DNA of 63,030 nucleotides, counting the filler, from Malassezia furfur (taxonomy: Eukaryota), in assembly GCA_052055015.1 (NCBI GenBank). It is 3 parts of 3 records of this genome, joined end to end, with 100 filler letters (N's around TTAATTAATTAA, not from the genome) between each part and the next. Parts side by side here need not be neighbours in the genome. Positions count along the whole stretch, not along the records: positions 21,080 to 42,032 come from JBQJIT010000172.1; positions 42,133 to 63,030 come from JBQJIT010000173.1; 1 more part is not named here. One strand, given 5' to 3'. Each line of letters starts with the position of its first letter. Within the stretch, counting starts at the first letter, position 1. A program made the position numbers and the translations under genes. Under the pieces are notes generated by a model. It did no database searches, was not told the origin of the DNA, and was given only the letters and a program-made list of their open reading frames with translations. Below are positions 34,656 to 47,097 of the stretch, in pieces.

Positions 34656-35827
34656 ATGGCGCGGGAGGAAGAAGAGCGGCTGCTGCCGCGCGAGCCCATG
34701 TCGCAGTCCCCGCCGCCCATGTCGGGCAGGCAACAACGTGAACGCCGCCAGCAACAGCAGCAGGAGGAGGAGGCGCCGTCGCTGCCGCTCAACCCGCGCG
34801 AGCGGCGCTCGCTCGTGTTTCTCCAGATGAACACGCCACTGAGCATGTTGTGCTGCATCGTGTCGGCGATTGTCGGCGTGATGATCGTGCCGTCGATCAG
34901 TGATGTGTTTACGAGCCACCCGACGCTGATCACCGCGGCGCCCAACATGTTTATGATGTACATCTTTGTGCTCTTCCTGTTCCAGGTCGGCTTCTGCATG
35001 CTCGCCGTCATCTCGCAGAACTCACACACGCAGCGCTGCATCGTGCGCACCACAGGCTCGCGCCTCGCCGTGGAGAACTACCTCATGGCGCTCTGGTTCA
35101 TCCTGTTTGTCCTCGACACCCCCCTCACCACGACGCTGGGCTGCTACGTCCTGGCCGGCGTCGGTGTGCTGTCGCTGGTCAACTTTGTGGTGCTGCGCGC
35201 CAAGTACCGCCCGCGCTGGGTGCATCCGTTTGAGCTGTTCCTCGTGCACATCCCGAACAAGTACGTTCCACGCGCTGACGCAGGCTCATGACCGTCCTGG
35301 TGATCCACCAGCTGTTTTGGCAGCAGCTCTTCCTCGACAACGACTGGGTGCGCGATCCGTGGCGCGGCTATGACCACCTCAGCCGGTCGCTGGGCTACGC
35401 GATCGGTGTCCAGGTCATCCTCGGCATCCTTCTCGCCGTGTGGGTGGGCGTGAACACGGACGTAAGTGTGTACCTCGCGTCGATGTACCTCGACGCCTCC
35501 GTGCTGGGCCTCAAGTCGATCCCGGTGGTCGGGCCGCGCTCGCGTCCGTTCTCGCTGTCGATCGTGATGTTCACGTCGATGTTTGTGCGCACCGTCTCGC
35601 TCGTGGTCCCGGGCCTGATCAAGAATCGCTTCCTGGTCATCTGCCACACGCACCCTGGCGGACGAGAGGCGCACGAGGTCGAGGTCGAGGCCGAAGTGCC
35701 GCCGTCGCGTGCGCAGGACGAGCTCAACGCCGCCTACGCCAACCGCGAACGCCGCGCGCCCGAGCTCGAGGGCGTCACGGTGCACAACCCCGACCCGTCG
35801 TACGGCTCCATTGAGCGACGCACCTAG
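34656..35827 (+). CDS. Fungal multi-pass membrane protein (DUF1774-like)
   Basis: About seven hydrophobic segments; 23-nt intron 35261-35283 joins two ORFs (HIPNK|LMTVLV). Confidence 0.6.
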
Positions 35828-35866
35828 GCGCCCTGCAGTGATGACTAGTAGTAGTACAAGTGAGGA

Positions 35867-36692
35867 TCAGCCTACGAAGCGCAGCGCGTCGGCCTGGATA
35901 AAGTACCGTGCGACAGTTTTGTGGCCGTCGGTGTCTGCCGACGACGACTTGCCTTTGGATGCGGAGCGCGACTGCGTCCACACGAACGGCACACCGCCCT
36001 CGGCGTTGCTGCCGTTGCCGTTGACCAGCACAAACGACTGGCTAAAGACGCGGGGGTGCGTCGACAGCGGCGCGTCTGCGTCAAACTTGCGCTTGCTCGC
36101 GGACGCAGATGCGGGCATGGTGGCCGATTTGGGCGCACTGCTCGCGTTCGTCGCGAGGCTCTCGGGCGTGTAGTGGGCGACGGTGCCCGACACGACAAGC
36201 AGGAGCGACGGCGCGTCGCGACGGTCTGGGGTCAGCATGTTCAGCGTGCAAGGGTGACGCATGTCGGCTCTGCATACTACTCTAGCGCGCGTTGAACGAG
36301 GGCACGCCGAGTCCTTACAAGAGCGCGGCACTGTTGCCCAGGCAGGCACGAGAGAGGTGGGCAGCCTCGTCGTGGCCTTACCCAGTGGGCCATGCGCCAC
36401 GTTGGTACGCACCTGATGCACTCATCGTGCCGAGCGGGTGGCAGTCAAACGACTGGATCTCGTGCTGTGAGCCGGGCTGTGCGTCCAGCAGCTGCGCGAA
36501 CTGCGCGGCTCCGCTGATGGGATTGCCGTTCCACGCGATCGACGAGGTAGGGAGGTACAGCGACGGCAGGAGCTGCGAACGCTGCGGCGAGTCCGCTGCT
36601 GCGTAGTACGCCGTGACAAACGTCTCCGCGGCGTTGGACGTAAAGTCCATCAGCCATGCGGGCGCACTCTGCTGACCGCGTCCGTCGCCCAT
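35867..36692 (-). CDS. NXT1: NTF2-like export factor Nxt1/p15
   Basis: AAETFVTAYY, IAWNGNP, HEIQSFDCHP, LLVVSGTV, FSQSFVL, IQADALRFV; single 187-nt intron 36226-36412. Confidence 0.85.
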
Positions 36693-36746
36693 CGTCGTCG
36701 TCGTGCGAGATGCCAAAAAAATGCCCGATTATGCAATCTAAGGAAA

Positions 36747-38264
36747 TTACAACACCTCCAGCTGCAGGTCCTCGTCGTCCTCCTCCGCCTCCTCAGCAAA
36801 CTCGACGTCCTCTTCGGCTTCGCGCTGCGTCGCCTCAGACTCTTCACGCTTGAGTAGGTTCACAAGCCGGGCAATCGCCTCGGTAATCTGTGTGAGTCTT
36901 CCAGAACGCACCTCCTCATTGTGTTCGGCCAGGTGAGCTTCGCGCACCACAATGTACACGCCGCGGCGCCGCAGGCTTTCGCGGCCGTACAACGAGGTGC
37001 ACAGCAGCAGGAGACACTCGATCAGCATCATACGAAGCGCCGTGTCGGGCTCGCGCGGCTTGTCCTCCGGCACAAGCTGGCACACGGTCGGCAGATCTTC
37101 CTGGTCTTCGAGGTCGACCTTGCTCAGCTCCTTGCCGTCAATGAGCGGCATCAGCACATAGGGCAGGACATCCACCGGTGCTGTGTGGTCCTCGTAGCCC
37201 TTCATCCCTGGCGCAGCGGCCAGCAGCATCTTGTGGGCATGCTTGATGAACAGGATGTTTTTCAGCGCACTAATCACACCACCACGGCGGATGAGGTTCG
37301 CATGCTCCGTGTATACCATGATACGCCCCACCGGATACGCGTCCGCGGACATCTTGTCGCCGTCCACGATTGGCTGGACAAAGAACTCGCGCCCGCGCGG
37401 CAGGACCGTCACATTCGCAAAGACACTGGCCAAAAAGTTGCAGTTGGACTTGCGCCGCACCTCGGGGCGTCCCTGCGCATTGACATCAACCGGGCGCTCG
37501 TCCACGTCCCGCTTGGTGTCGGCAATACGTTCACGCATGTTGGACGCACTCGCGCTGCTCGACTCCACCGACGCGCCTTCCTCAAACGCACGGAGCAGCT
37601 TGATGAGGCCCGGCATCTTAACCGCTTCAGTCACACGCACCGACTTGCTTAGTCGTTCGGTGGCCTCGGCGGTGATGCGCTTGCGCTCTTCGTAGTCAGG
37701 ATCGTTGGGGTCGGCATCCATCCCGCTCAGCGACAGCTGCAGGTCCAACGGGGAAAGAAACGAGTAGAACGGACGGTCTTCCACCTCGAGGTTGAGAAGG
37801 CGCGCGCACACGGGCTCAAACTTGGTCAGGTTGGACAAGAGCATGCAAGCAAGGTCCGCAAGAAGCGACACCGAGTCCTGTGGTCAGTGTGCTCGTACGT
37901 ACGCCAATGTACGCGACCAGGAATCGCAGAAACTCTTCGTCACCGATCCGCAGCGCCACCGAGGGGCTGTCAGAGAGGTTGATTAGGGCACTCAGCGCAT
38001 CGTGCATCGTGAGCTGCGTCAGAAATGTACACATACGGGCTGGTCGTGGCACAGCTCCTTGATCTGCTCGACGACGTTCAGCTCCGAGCCGTCCCAGATG
38101 CGGAGGGGCTTTCCTTCGCTGTCGGTCAGCTTGTCGACGAGCAGCGAGCGGCTCGGGCTATCTTTCGCACTGAATCCAACGACGTGCGACATCGCAAGCT
38201 GGCGTACCTGCGGATTCGGATCCGCAAGGAACGTTAGGACTTCATGGCTAGCGGGAAGCGACAT
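36747..38264 (-). CDS. HGH1: Hgh1/FAM203 (DUF383/DUF384) eEF2 chaperone
   Basis: FLADPNPQVR, ALINLSD, CMLLSNLTK, FLASVFANV, RRGGVISALKN, GRESLRRRGVYIVVREAH; introns 38014-38036, 37878-37902, 36888-36911. Confidence 0.88.
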
Positions 38265-38589
38265 GGTACTGCAAAAGCACGGACCGACAGGCCAAAATTT
38301 GGTGACGCACGTGGCGTCGCGAAGAAGACGGTTTCGGCACCTCGGGGGGTCGGCAGTGGTTTGGCAGCGGTGTGCTCAAGGGCCGCATGCAGCACAGGCT
38401 ACAAGAAAGAATTAAGAGGGGGGTCTGAGGACCAGCTGAGCATCGCACAGGAACGGGGCCTACTCGATTTCATCCACGGTAGCATGCTACAGGATCAAAA
38501 GGAGGACGCTGTATACGTAGTGTGGCATGGTATTAGAGCAAACAGCACATCGCTGCGCCGCTCAGGTAGTGCAGCAGGCTGCATGGTAT

Positions 38590-38970
38590 CTAGTGCGAGA
38601 CGCGGACTTTGCCCTTTGACCGGCGACGAGCCAGCACCTTACGTCCGTTTTTGGTGCGCAGGCGCGACAGGAAACCGTGCTTGCGCTTGCGCTTGCGCTG
38701 CGACGGCTGGTATTCCGAGCCGTACGTCACGAACCGGACACCGTTTGGCTGGGCCTGCGGCTGCGAAGCTTGGAAGAGGTGCGGGCGCGTCATCGAGAGG
38801 ATCGGCGACGTCCGCGACGTCGATGGCATGCCCACACGCATGCGAGCCATAGGGGCAGGCGCCACAGTCGTTGGGACAGAAGCACGCCGTGCGCAAACTT
38901 GCGGCGCAATGACGGCCTTTGGGCGGAGTAGGCGCACCTGACGCACGCCTACGAACCGGGGCAGCGACAT
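38590..38970 (-). CDS. MRPL34: Mitochondrial ribosomal protein bL34m
   Basis: Arg-rich presequence plus [38 protein letters not shown]. Confidence 0.92.
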   Translation of the reverse strand: MSLPRFVGVRQVRLLRPKAVIAPQVCARRASVPTTVAPAPMARMRVGMPSTSRTSPILSMTRPHLFQASQPQAQPNGVRFVTYGSEYQPSQRKRKRKHGFLSRLRTKNGRKVLARRRSKGKVRVSH

Positions 38971-39013
38971 GGTCGAGGGAAGAGGCGGCGATCTCACGTG
39001 ATTCCGATTAACC

Positions 39014-40001
39014 ATGTCCCTGACCCCGGCGTTTAAGGCACTGCTCAAGGCACCCAAGTACGCGGCGCGTGCTTCGGCTTACACTCCGAACAAGACGATT
39101 CCCGCAGGTATCGGAGGTGTGCCTGCGCGTCCGCCGCGCGCTGCGCTGCTCGAGGATCTCTTTAAGCGGATCAACTCTCGTGCACAGCAGCACAGCATTG
39201 CTTGGGGTGAATGGGTGACGGTGGTGGTACGTGCGCATTCTTGACACAGACGGCGACTATGTTTGCGCTGAACTCTCCCGGTAGCCTGAAGAGCCTTCAC
39301 CGTTTCGTCGTGCGCCGCGAGGGATCAAACGAGCTGCGGCCTGTCTCGGAACGGGTGGAACGTGCGTGCCTGATGCGCGAAGTCGGTCTCAAGTCGATCG
39401 GCCTGATCGGTACGCCCAAGGCGATCAACAATCTCGCTGCGCTGCGTGCTATGGTCGACGAGGATGCCGAATGTGCCGCTGCGATGCCTAACGAGCCCCG
39501 CCGGTACGTATCAGTGTCTGACGCAGCGATATCAGCCCGGCCGAATGGGACCATGTGAAAAACGTGGGCTTCACGCTGTGGGAGGACATCTACCGGGAGA
39601 AGGAGAAGCGTCTGCGCGATGTACTGGCGCACTCGCACCCTGACCTGGGCGTCTACATCCTGCAGAACGAGTACGGACCGCTGTTTGCTCCGCCGACCAT
39701 GTACAAGCAGATTGAGGAGCCGTCGTGGGAGGTGAACCGTGTGCGCGTGAGTCTGATGAACATGGCCGCGCTGCACGCGCAGGGTGGTGTGGCTCCGCAG
39801 GTGACGAGCCACACGTTTGGCCTGCTGCGCTCCGGACCGAGCTTTGCACACGTCCAGGGACCCGAGCGTGCCGGCCTCGATTTCCTGACCACGCTGGAGG
39901 GCGCGACGTGGGTCATCGAGACGGTGAACGACGTCGCTGCCGTGGTCGAAGGTACCGAGGATGAGGACCGTGAGCCGCCGTCGCCGCCGTCACGCTTGTG
40001 A
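39014..40001 (+). CDS. AhpD/carboxymuconolactone decarboxylase-like conserved fungal protein
   Basis: [58 protein letters not shown]; introns 39227-39249, 39504-39526. Confidence 0.65.
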
Positions 40002-40057
40002 TGTAGCGTAGCTAGCGAACCCCAAGCAAGCGAGTCGCTCCTCCACATTCTGTGTCG

Positions 40058-42032
40058 ATGGAGACAGAGCCGCCTACGCGCTCGGTGCATCAATGCGCGC
40101 AGTGCGGCGACCTCGCACAGCTCACAGCCATTGTTGAGGCAGATCCCTCGCAGGCAAATGCGCGCGATGCGGAAAATGTGACTCCGCTGCACTGGGCAGC
40201 GATCAATGGGCACATGGAGTGCTGTGTCTTCTTGCTCGAGCATGGCGCCTTTGTTAATGCGGCGGGCGGAGATCTCGGAGCGACGCCGCTGCAATGGTGC
40301 GCACGCAACGGGCAGGTTGCACTTATGCATCTGCTGCAGCAGTACGGCGCCGACCTCACCTTTGAAGACAAGCAAGGTTTCAACTCGCTGCATCTGGCGA
40401 CGCACAGCAGCTTAGTGATGGCGCTCCTCTATGTGCTGCAGCAGGCACCCTTTACAACTCCGGAGGGGCTGGACGTGAAGGATCGCCAAGGACACACGTC
40501 ACTCATGTGGGCCGCGTTCCAGGGCGACGCGCTGTCGGTCGACGTTTTGTTGAAGCATGGCGCCAGTGTCGACACGCGCGACGAGTCGGGCCTCACCCCG
40601 CTGCACTGGGCCGTGGTGCGTGGGAGCAGGCAGTGTATTGAACATATCGTGTCCTTCGGTGCCGACCTGCATGCAAAAGACCACGAGGGGAAGACGCCAC
40701 GCGACATGGCCGAAGAGCTGCAAACGCTGCTCGGGTACAACAATGCGCTGTATGCCCTAGGCCGCGACACACACGGGCGCACGGTGCACCGCGTCATCGG
40801 TCCGCGGATGCTGCGCATTCTCTTGTTCGTGCTTCCGTTCGCATGCTTCGGCTTGCTGTTTTACGGCGTGCCATACCTGCCTTGGTTCTTGGCACCCCTG
40901 GCGTTCTGTGCGGGTGTTGCCGCTATGCACGTGGGGATGGGCCTGTACGTGCTGGACCGGCACATGCCGAACGCGATGAAGAAGTCGCCCTACTTCCTCT
41001 CGCTGCTCTCGCTGACGCTCGGCTGGCTGTTTATTATGTGGACTGCCTACGTCGCGCCAAATACGCACGCCTCTGTCGTCCGGCATGTGCTAGTCGGCAC
41101 GCTGCTTTCCATCGTCGTTGGAACACTGGGATGGTGTGCAAATGTATCGCCTGGCCGCTGCCACACGCCTGCGTCCCCAGCGGAGCGTCAGGCCGACATC
41201 AATTTGCTAGCGTCGCGCGGAATGCTGACGGGCATGTCGTACTGCGTGTACTGCCTTGCGCGCCGCCCACTGCGCTCCAAGCACTGCCACCTGTGCGGTA
41301 CATGCATACCACGACACGACCATCACTGCCCATGGATTGCCAACTGCGTCGGGCTGCGTAACCACCGCGCGTTCATCGCCATGGTCGCGGCAGCCGACGT
41401 GGGCATTCCCATCTACCTGAGCCTTGTGTATCAATGTACGTCACGCACTGACCCAGACTTCCGCGACAATATGCCCGAGAGCGTTTGGGCGCAGCACCGC
41501 GAGCGGTATGTCATGCCGTGGCTGTTTGCCGCCGCCGACTTCAACGGGCCGCTGCTGTGCAGCAGCCTGTGGATCCTCCTCGTGGACGCCTGGCTCGTCA
41601 TCCTGCTCGTGATGCAGCTTGCGCAGATCTCGCGGCAGCTGACCACACTCGAAGCGAGCAACGTGGGTCGCTACGGATTCATGGGCGGCCGCGGGGACAC
41701 CAACATGAGCAGCCAGGCAGGTTTCATCGAGCAGCAGACCGAGCGCCTGGTTGCCGCCGGTATGCGCCGCGAGGATGTCCACAAACAGCTGCACGGGTGT
41801 GCGCACCGCAAAAAGAAGACGTTATGGGGCGTGTGCACTGGGGTGGGTGCATCGTTGCTGTCCATTGTTGGGCTTGACCTATACACGCGCGGGAAGGGCG
41901 GGCAAGGCCTGAAACGCTCGCGCGCGGCTGCCAACCCATTCGACAAAGGAGCCGTGGGCAACTGCCTTGGTACGTCACCGCACTGACGCAGACTTTTGGA
42001 CCGGTGGTGAATACCTTCATGTGGACTACACG
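40058..42032 (+). CDS. AKR1: Ankyrin-repeat DHHC palmitoyltransferase Akr1; 3' end lost in the gap
   Basis: TPLHWAAIN ankyrin repeats, RPLRSKHC...RHDHHCPWIANCVG, NPFDKGAVGNCL; introns 41436-41456, 41969-41990. Confidence 0.92.
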
Positions 42033-42132
42033 NNNNNNNNNNNNNNNNNNNNNNNNNNNNNNNNNNNNNNNNNNNNTTAATTAATTAANNNNNNNNNNNN
42101 NNNNNNNNNNNNNNNNNNNNNNNNNNNNNNNN
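42033..42132. other. Artificial assembly spacer N44-TTAATTAATTAA-N44
   Basis: Identical to 20980-21079; interrupts the 3' ends of both AKR1 and RPC40. Confidence 0.95.
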
Positions 42133-42751
42133 CATGGTCCTTGCCGATGCCCTTTTCGCAGTGCAGCTCCATCTCCATGCGCTGGCCCGGCGCCATCTTG
42201 GCAATCACGATGTCGCCATTCACCGGCCGCGGCGGCGCATCGGCCATCGTCTCGGCTTGGTCGCCCTTCGGGTCCCACTCGAGCTGCGAGGCATACACAT
42301 AGCGCCCCTCGACCGTGCCGTCCTTGGCGTTGGTCTTCTTGCACTCGGCCTTCAGGTTGAACACCACCGTGTTCTGGTCGTTCGCCTCGTCGTCCAGCTT
42401 GAACGTCAGCTTGGACGGGTCGATGGCGAGCGGCACAAGGCCCAGCCGGTGGGAGAGGACTTCGTCCTGTATGATGGAAGTGTTGTTCCAGATGTATACG
42501 TGCTCGATCGCCACCGTGGGCACCTCGGCAATGAGCGTCCGCCGCAGCGCATTCGCAATGCTCGCATCCACACCGACCAGCTCAAACTCACACTGGTCCG
42601 GCAGCAGGCGCGTGAGGAAAACCTGCAGCTTCTTCTGGAAGGCCTCCTGGCTCCACGCACCCGACTCGCCAGGGACTTGCAGGGGGAACGACTTGGACGA
42701 TACATTGCCGACCCGCTCAGGGTGAATCTCGACGATGTTGGAGCGGTCCAT
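42133..42751 (-). CDS. RPC40: RNA polymerase I/III shared subunit AC40; 3' end lost in the gap
   Basis: GVDASIANALRRTLIAEVPTVAIE, NNTSIIQDEVLSHRLGLVP, KGIGKDH. Confidence 0.95.
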
Positions 42752-42966
42752 GATGCGCTGCCCAACGTAGCACGAGCGTCGCCAAAAAGCCCTACCCAAA
42801 GATGGACGCCGTGGAGCGAGCGCCAAAAAAAATCGGCCACGTGATGGCGGCCCGAGCGGCGCCGTGGGGGGAAGGCGGCGAGCCGGCACCCAAGCGCATC
42901 TGGGGTAGATACATTGTTTTCGCTAGCGCAACATTGGTATGGGATACAGCTTCGTACGCACGGCAT

Positions 42967-44000
42967 TCATTCGATGTTAATATCGGGAGAATCCGGCTCC
43001 GACTTGGCGACCAACAGGTCAAAGTGACCGGGGCGGTACAGGAGGTGGCCCACGTTGACCATCTGCCCTTGGTCCAGATCAAAGCGCACCACGTCGCACG
43101 CATTCGGGTCACTGCCAGGCACCGCCTCCTTGTTTCCAGGCATGTCGCTCGCGGCCTCGGCCTCCTCACCCACCGGCTCCGTTTCCGGCGGCGCATGCGC
43201 ACTGGACAGGTAAACGACGTCCAGAGTGACCTTGAGGGCCGTGCACAGCGCGGTGATCTGAAGATGGTCCGCATCTTTGCCAAATGCCTCAACTTCGCGG
43301 TTGGTAAACTCTTCCATCGTCGGGGGGTTTTCACTGCCCGTCGCCGACACCAAGAACGGCGTGTAGTCATTCGCATTGGTCTGTACGGTCAGTCCATCGG
43401 ATCGTCAACCTACCTTGAGGAAGGCGCTCGTGACCATGCGGAGGAAAACGACAATGTTGTTGCTCTTTTCCGCGTCGTTGAAGGCCTCGACGAGACGGTC
43501 GACCGTAAGCGCCGGCCGCGTGGGATCCGTGGAGTGGATCTGACCCATGAGGTCGTGGAACGGCTCATAGAATTCCTTCACCACCTCCTCATCGTAGCCA
43601 GTCTGCTTCAATAGCTCCAGCAATGAGTCGAGGTGTTGGCCTGCGAAATGGTGCAAGGGACGATCATCCATGGTCAAGATCGTGTAGAGATAGGTAAACC
43701 CAAATGCGCGGTAGAAGCAGTTCCCATCGCCCTTCAACCGACGGATCCCGATAAAGTCCGACTTCTCTTTCAGCCATTTTACCTTGCCAAGGAACTGACG
43801 GTTGTTGGCATACTCTTGGAGGAGGACGTCCAGCGGCTCAACTTCCGAGACGAGAGGGCTATTGGAGCCTTCCTCGTCCAGGAGCTTCTGGCCAAGATCA
43901 ATACGTTCAGAATCACTCAAACGTTCAAGTCTGACCGGTTAGTTCACCAATAGGATATGTGGGATACCTACTCAGACGGCTTCGTCTCCGGGTTGCTCAT
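42967..44000 (-). CDS. Otubain-type deubiquitinase (peptidase C65)
   Basis: RRLKGDGNCFYRAF, DADHLQITAL, LYRPGHFDLL; introns 43931-43971 (41 nt), 43381-43413 (33 nt). Confidence 0.9.
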
Positions 44001-44094
44001 TATGGTTTAGGCCGAAACTACAGCGACTCCACTTGCCACGGGCCACCCAGCACCGAAGCCCCAGGGTCTTGTTCACGTCATCAAGTGACAACCC

Positions 44095-44568
44095 CCAATA
44101 TAAAAGCTCGAGCAAATAGACTTTTAATCCTATAAATAACCATTGTTATTATTAATTTAAATACTAAAATGATGTATATACGTAGAAAATAATTTATATT
44201 AAACTAAATTAATTAATTATTTATATTTATTTATTATAAGATACTATAATGCAATATTCACGATTATAATTTAATTAAATAGAGTTAAGTATTCCATAAT
44301 GCTCAAAATAATATAAAACTGAATATTTTTAAAAAATAAAAATAGTAACAATAATTTAAAATGCTCAATTTATAGTTTGAATAAACAGTTCATAAGTTTA
44401 GGTAAACAATCAAATGTACATTTGCGTCAATAAATTGTTTAAAAGCTATATATATTGTTAAAGGATTATGATATTTTATTTTATTTCTACTTTAGTCTAT
44501 GATCAAGTGTTATTTATTCGTTTGTATTTGAATTTTGTGTTTTTTTCTGAATAAATTATGATTTTATT
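44095..44568. other. AT-rich non-coding island, putative centromere core
   Basis: Manual count 82 G+C in 44101-44560 (~18% GC) against a ~60% background; intergenic, no ORF; flanking genes also reduced in GC. Confidence 0.75.
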
Positions 44569-44630
44569 GGTCGAAGTATGGGCGGAACTAAGAAGGCTTT
44601 GTCAGACAGTCTGTGTGGAGATCTCTCACC

Positions 44631-46277
44631 ATGAGCGAAGACGAAGTGTTCCGTGCGAACCGCCCGGCCTTCGCCGTCACGATCCGGAACTGGTTAAACC
44701 GATATGTGCTGAATCATTCGCGAAGTCTTGCCGCTCACCAGGTAAGACCTGCCCATCATATGGATGATAGGTACTGACTCTGGGCTCAGGCGTCAGTACA
44801 GCATCCATGGCTGGATGCGTACTTCAAGTATTCGTCCATGTTGGGTACACACACCTTCTTTATGTTGTTCTTGCCACCCGTGTACCAAAATGGAGGAGCT
44901 TCTGCTGGCCGAATGTAAGGAATCGGAAAGTGCTCATTGCAGTCTGATTTTAACTTCCGCACTTGCTGTCTACATTACGGCCTTCGTGAAAGTTCGTATG
45001 GACTGGTTGAATGGCATTCTGACACCTCTTAGGATTTCTTCTGCGTCCCTCGCCCAGCCTCTCCGCCAGTTCGCAGGCTCCTGATCGGGACACATCATCT
45101 GGAATATGGATTCCCCTCGACGCATTCTGCTAACAGTGTGGGGATGGCAATCTTTTTCTACTACCTAGTGGAGATGGCCCGACCCTACGCCCTTGCAATC
45201 GTTTCTGATGAAGATCCCGTGTTCGTCCACTGGTTTGCTGAGACCTTCTTGATGGAGGGCTTGATCCTACTCTATGCATGGACTATTGTGTATGGTCGGC
45301 TCTATTCGGGGATGCACAGTGCATTAGGTACGGCTGTCGACGCTATGCAACTAACCACCAGACTGCTTCGTGGGTTGTTGCATTGGTGTTTCGGTGGCAT
45401 TGTTCGCCATCTGGATCGACCCCAAACTGAGCGACTTCTTGCTTATCCAAAATCTCTATGGTTTGTATCCACTACACTGTACTGACCAAGCAGCGCCGAT
45501 GGTCATCTTCGGGGCAGCATGTCTGTCCCTCGCTTTTCACATCCCTCCCGTGGGACCTTGCCCGTGCTATGAGGATGGTATGTATACTCAACCATTCATG
45601 ACTAGCGGTTGCCTTCGTTGGTTCATGGACGGGTGTTTGCTTGGGCAACTGGCGCACGAATACGGATTATTATGCTGACATGGCCGTGTTGGATGCCACC
45701 TTCCGCTGGATCGCCTCTTGGATTCCGACGTCGATTCAGACTTCGTGTCAATCCTTTTGGTTCCAGGCGATCAGCAATGACTATGTGAAATTCCTGGTCA
45801 ATCTGGCTTTTGGTGAGTGCCAGTTGCCTTTGCTCATACCAGGTGTCATTCCAGTTGTCCTTTTCAAAGTCCTCGCTAGTTCGCCCATCAAAAAGGCTTT
45901 CCCTGCCATTTATATGACGGTGGTACGCCGCTTGAGGAAGAGCCAGGTGCAACTGAGCCCAGTACCTTCCGCGGAAGGGTCGACGACGTCAGGTCATGAT
46001 GTGGAAACGAGGGGCCAGTTGCGTCGTCGCGAAAATGCGGCGATGAATGGGATGAATGCCACTGCGTCCCCTCTGAAATCGAACGACCTGCACATCTCTA
46101 GGTGGGCTTCAGTGGATGAAAAGGTCTGTGTTGGTATGTATACAACGCCAGCTGACCTACCAAGACGCCCCCCGGTTGTTGATCTATACCGGTATTGGAA
46201 TAATGGGTGCATGGACATCTGTTCTGTTCATCGACTACTTCCGCGTAAGAATGATTGAGCTTGTAAAGATATCGTAG
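44631..46277 (+). CDS. Long-chain base (sphingosine)-1-phosphate phosphatase, PAP2 family (Lcb3/Ysr3-like); 8 introns
   Basis: LDAYFKYSSMLGTHTFF, KDFFCVPRP, EYGFPSTHS, RLYSGMHS, CPCYED; introns 44742-44789, 44915-44942, 44992-45032, 45328-45361, 45461-45490, 45578-45605, 45813-45842, 46134-46164. Confidence 0.85.
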
Positions 46278-46332
46278 ATTAGACCCAGAAGCCCCTCACG
46301 ATTGTACATCTCTCATAACGATAGCCAGCGTT

Positions 46333-47005
46333 TCATGGCGATGGGAGGATGGCGGCCGCTACCGATCTCCCTTCTTCCGAGAGCAGGTTGTACGTCGAAC
46401 AGGCATTCCGCTGCGAATTAGAACATGAGTGACGTACCGAATTCTGTACATCGAGCTGGATTCCGAGCGAGTTTAGATACATCTTGATGCTATTGGGCAC
46501 GGGCAACACAGTATTGCCAGTGCCTAGGATGAGAATTTCTGGAGTAAGCATGCAGATAGCGACGCTACGCACCTGGACGAGGCACGACGACTTCAAAGAG
46601 GGTCCAGATGTCATTGACCCACGATTCCCAGCCCTTGCCATTGGGCATTGCCGACATAGGGTCGATATTGGGCGGGTTCCAGAGGAATACTTTGCCGTTT
46701 AGGAAGATGCAAGGGGAAGGAACCACGAGTCCATCCGCGAGCTTAATCTCCTTTGCAGTTACCTTGGCAATACGGATAGGTAGAGTGTCGTCCTCGAGAA
46801 TGTTGGACAAAGGGTTGTCGAAATCGAGATCGTCACTGCGTTAGGAACCATCGGTGACGTACGCCTGCTCCCTTCGTGCGCGCGGAACCGAGGTTGTATA
46901 GGGCACGCAAGCCATGCGAGCAGTATTCTGGACGCGAGGAATCATCGCAACGCGAGCGAGGCGCGAAAGTGTGGGCCTGTGCGGCAAACATGTTCGGGAG
47001 AACAT
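46333..47005 (-). CDS. NDUFAF3/Mth938-like complex I assembly factor
   Basis: VVPRPEILILGTG, LGIQLDVQNSRNACSTYNLLSEEGRSVAAA; introns 46836-46862, 46539-46572, 46411-46437. Confidence 0.85.
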
Positions 47006-47097
47006 GGCGTCAGGGACTGGCAAGGAACTATGAAAATTGGCCGCATATTCCGCATTGAAGTGCACCGACTCCTCCACTCTCCTGCGCTTGGATCAAC

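Noticed and set aside
36226..36412. TPP riboswitch in the NXT1 intron
   Set aside because: Lacks the CTGAGA and CCTGAT...TAAT...GCG-AGGGA aptamer core, and the host gene is unrelated to thiamine
38310..38585. Possible small ORF or ncRNA between HGH1 and MRPL34
   Set aside because: No convincing boxes, stems or protein motif; best read as promoter and 3' UTR
39014..39558. RNase P subunit Pop3 assignment
   Set aside because: The spliced product continues to 40001 and fits an AhpD-like fungal family better
44095..44568. AT island as a NUMT, transposon or contaminant
   Set aside because: No recognisable mitochondrial gene, terminal repeats or target duplication, and GC falls gradually in the native flanking genes. 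Not fully excluded without BLAST
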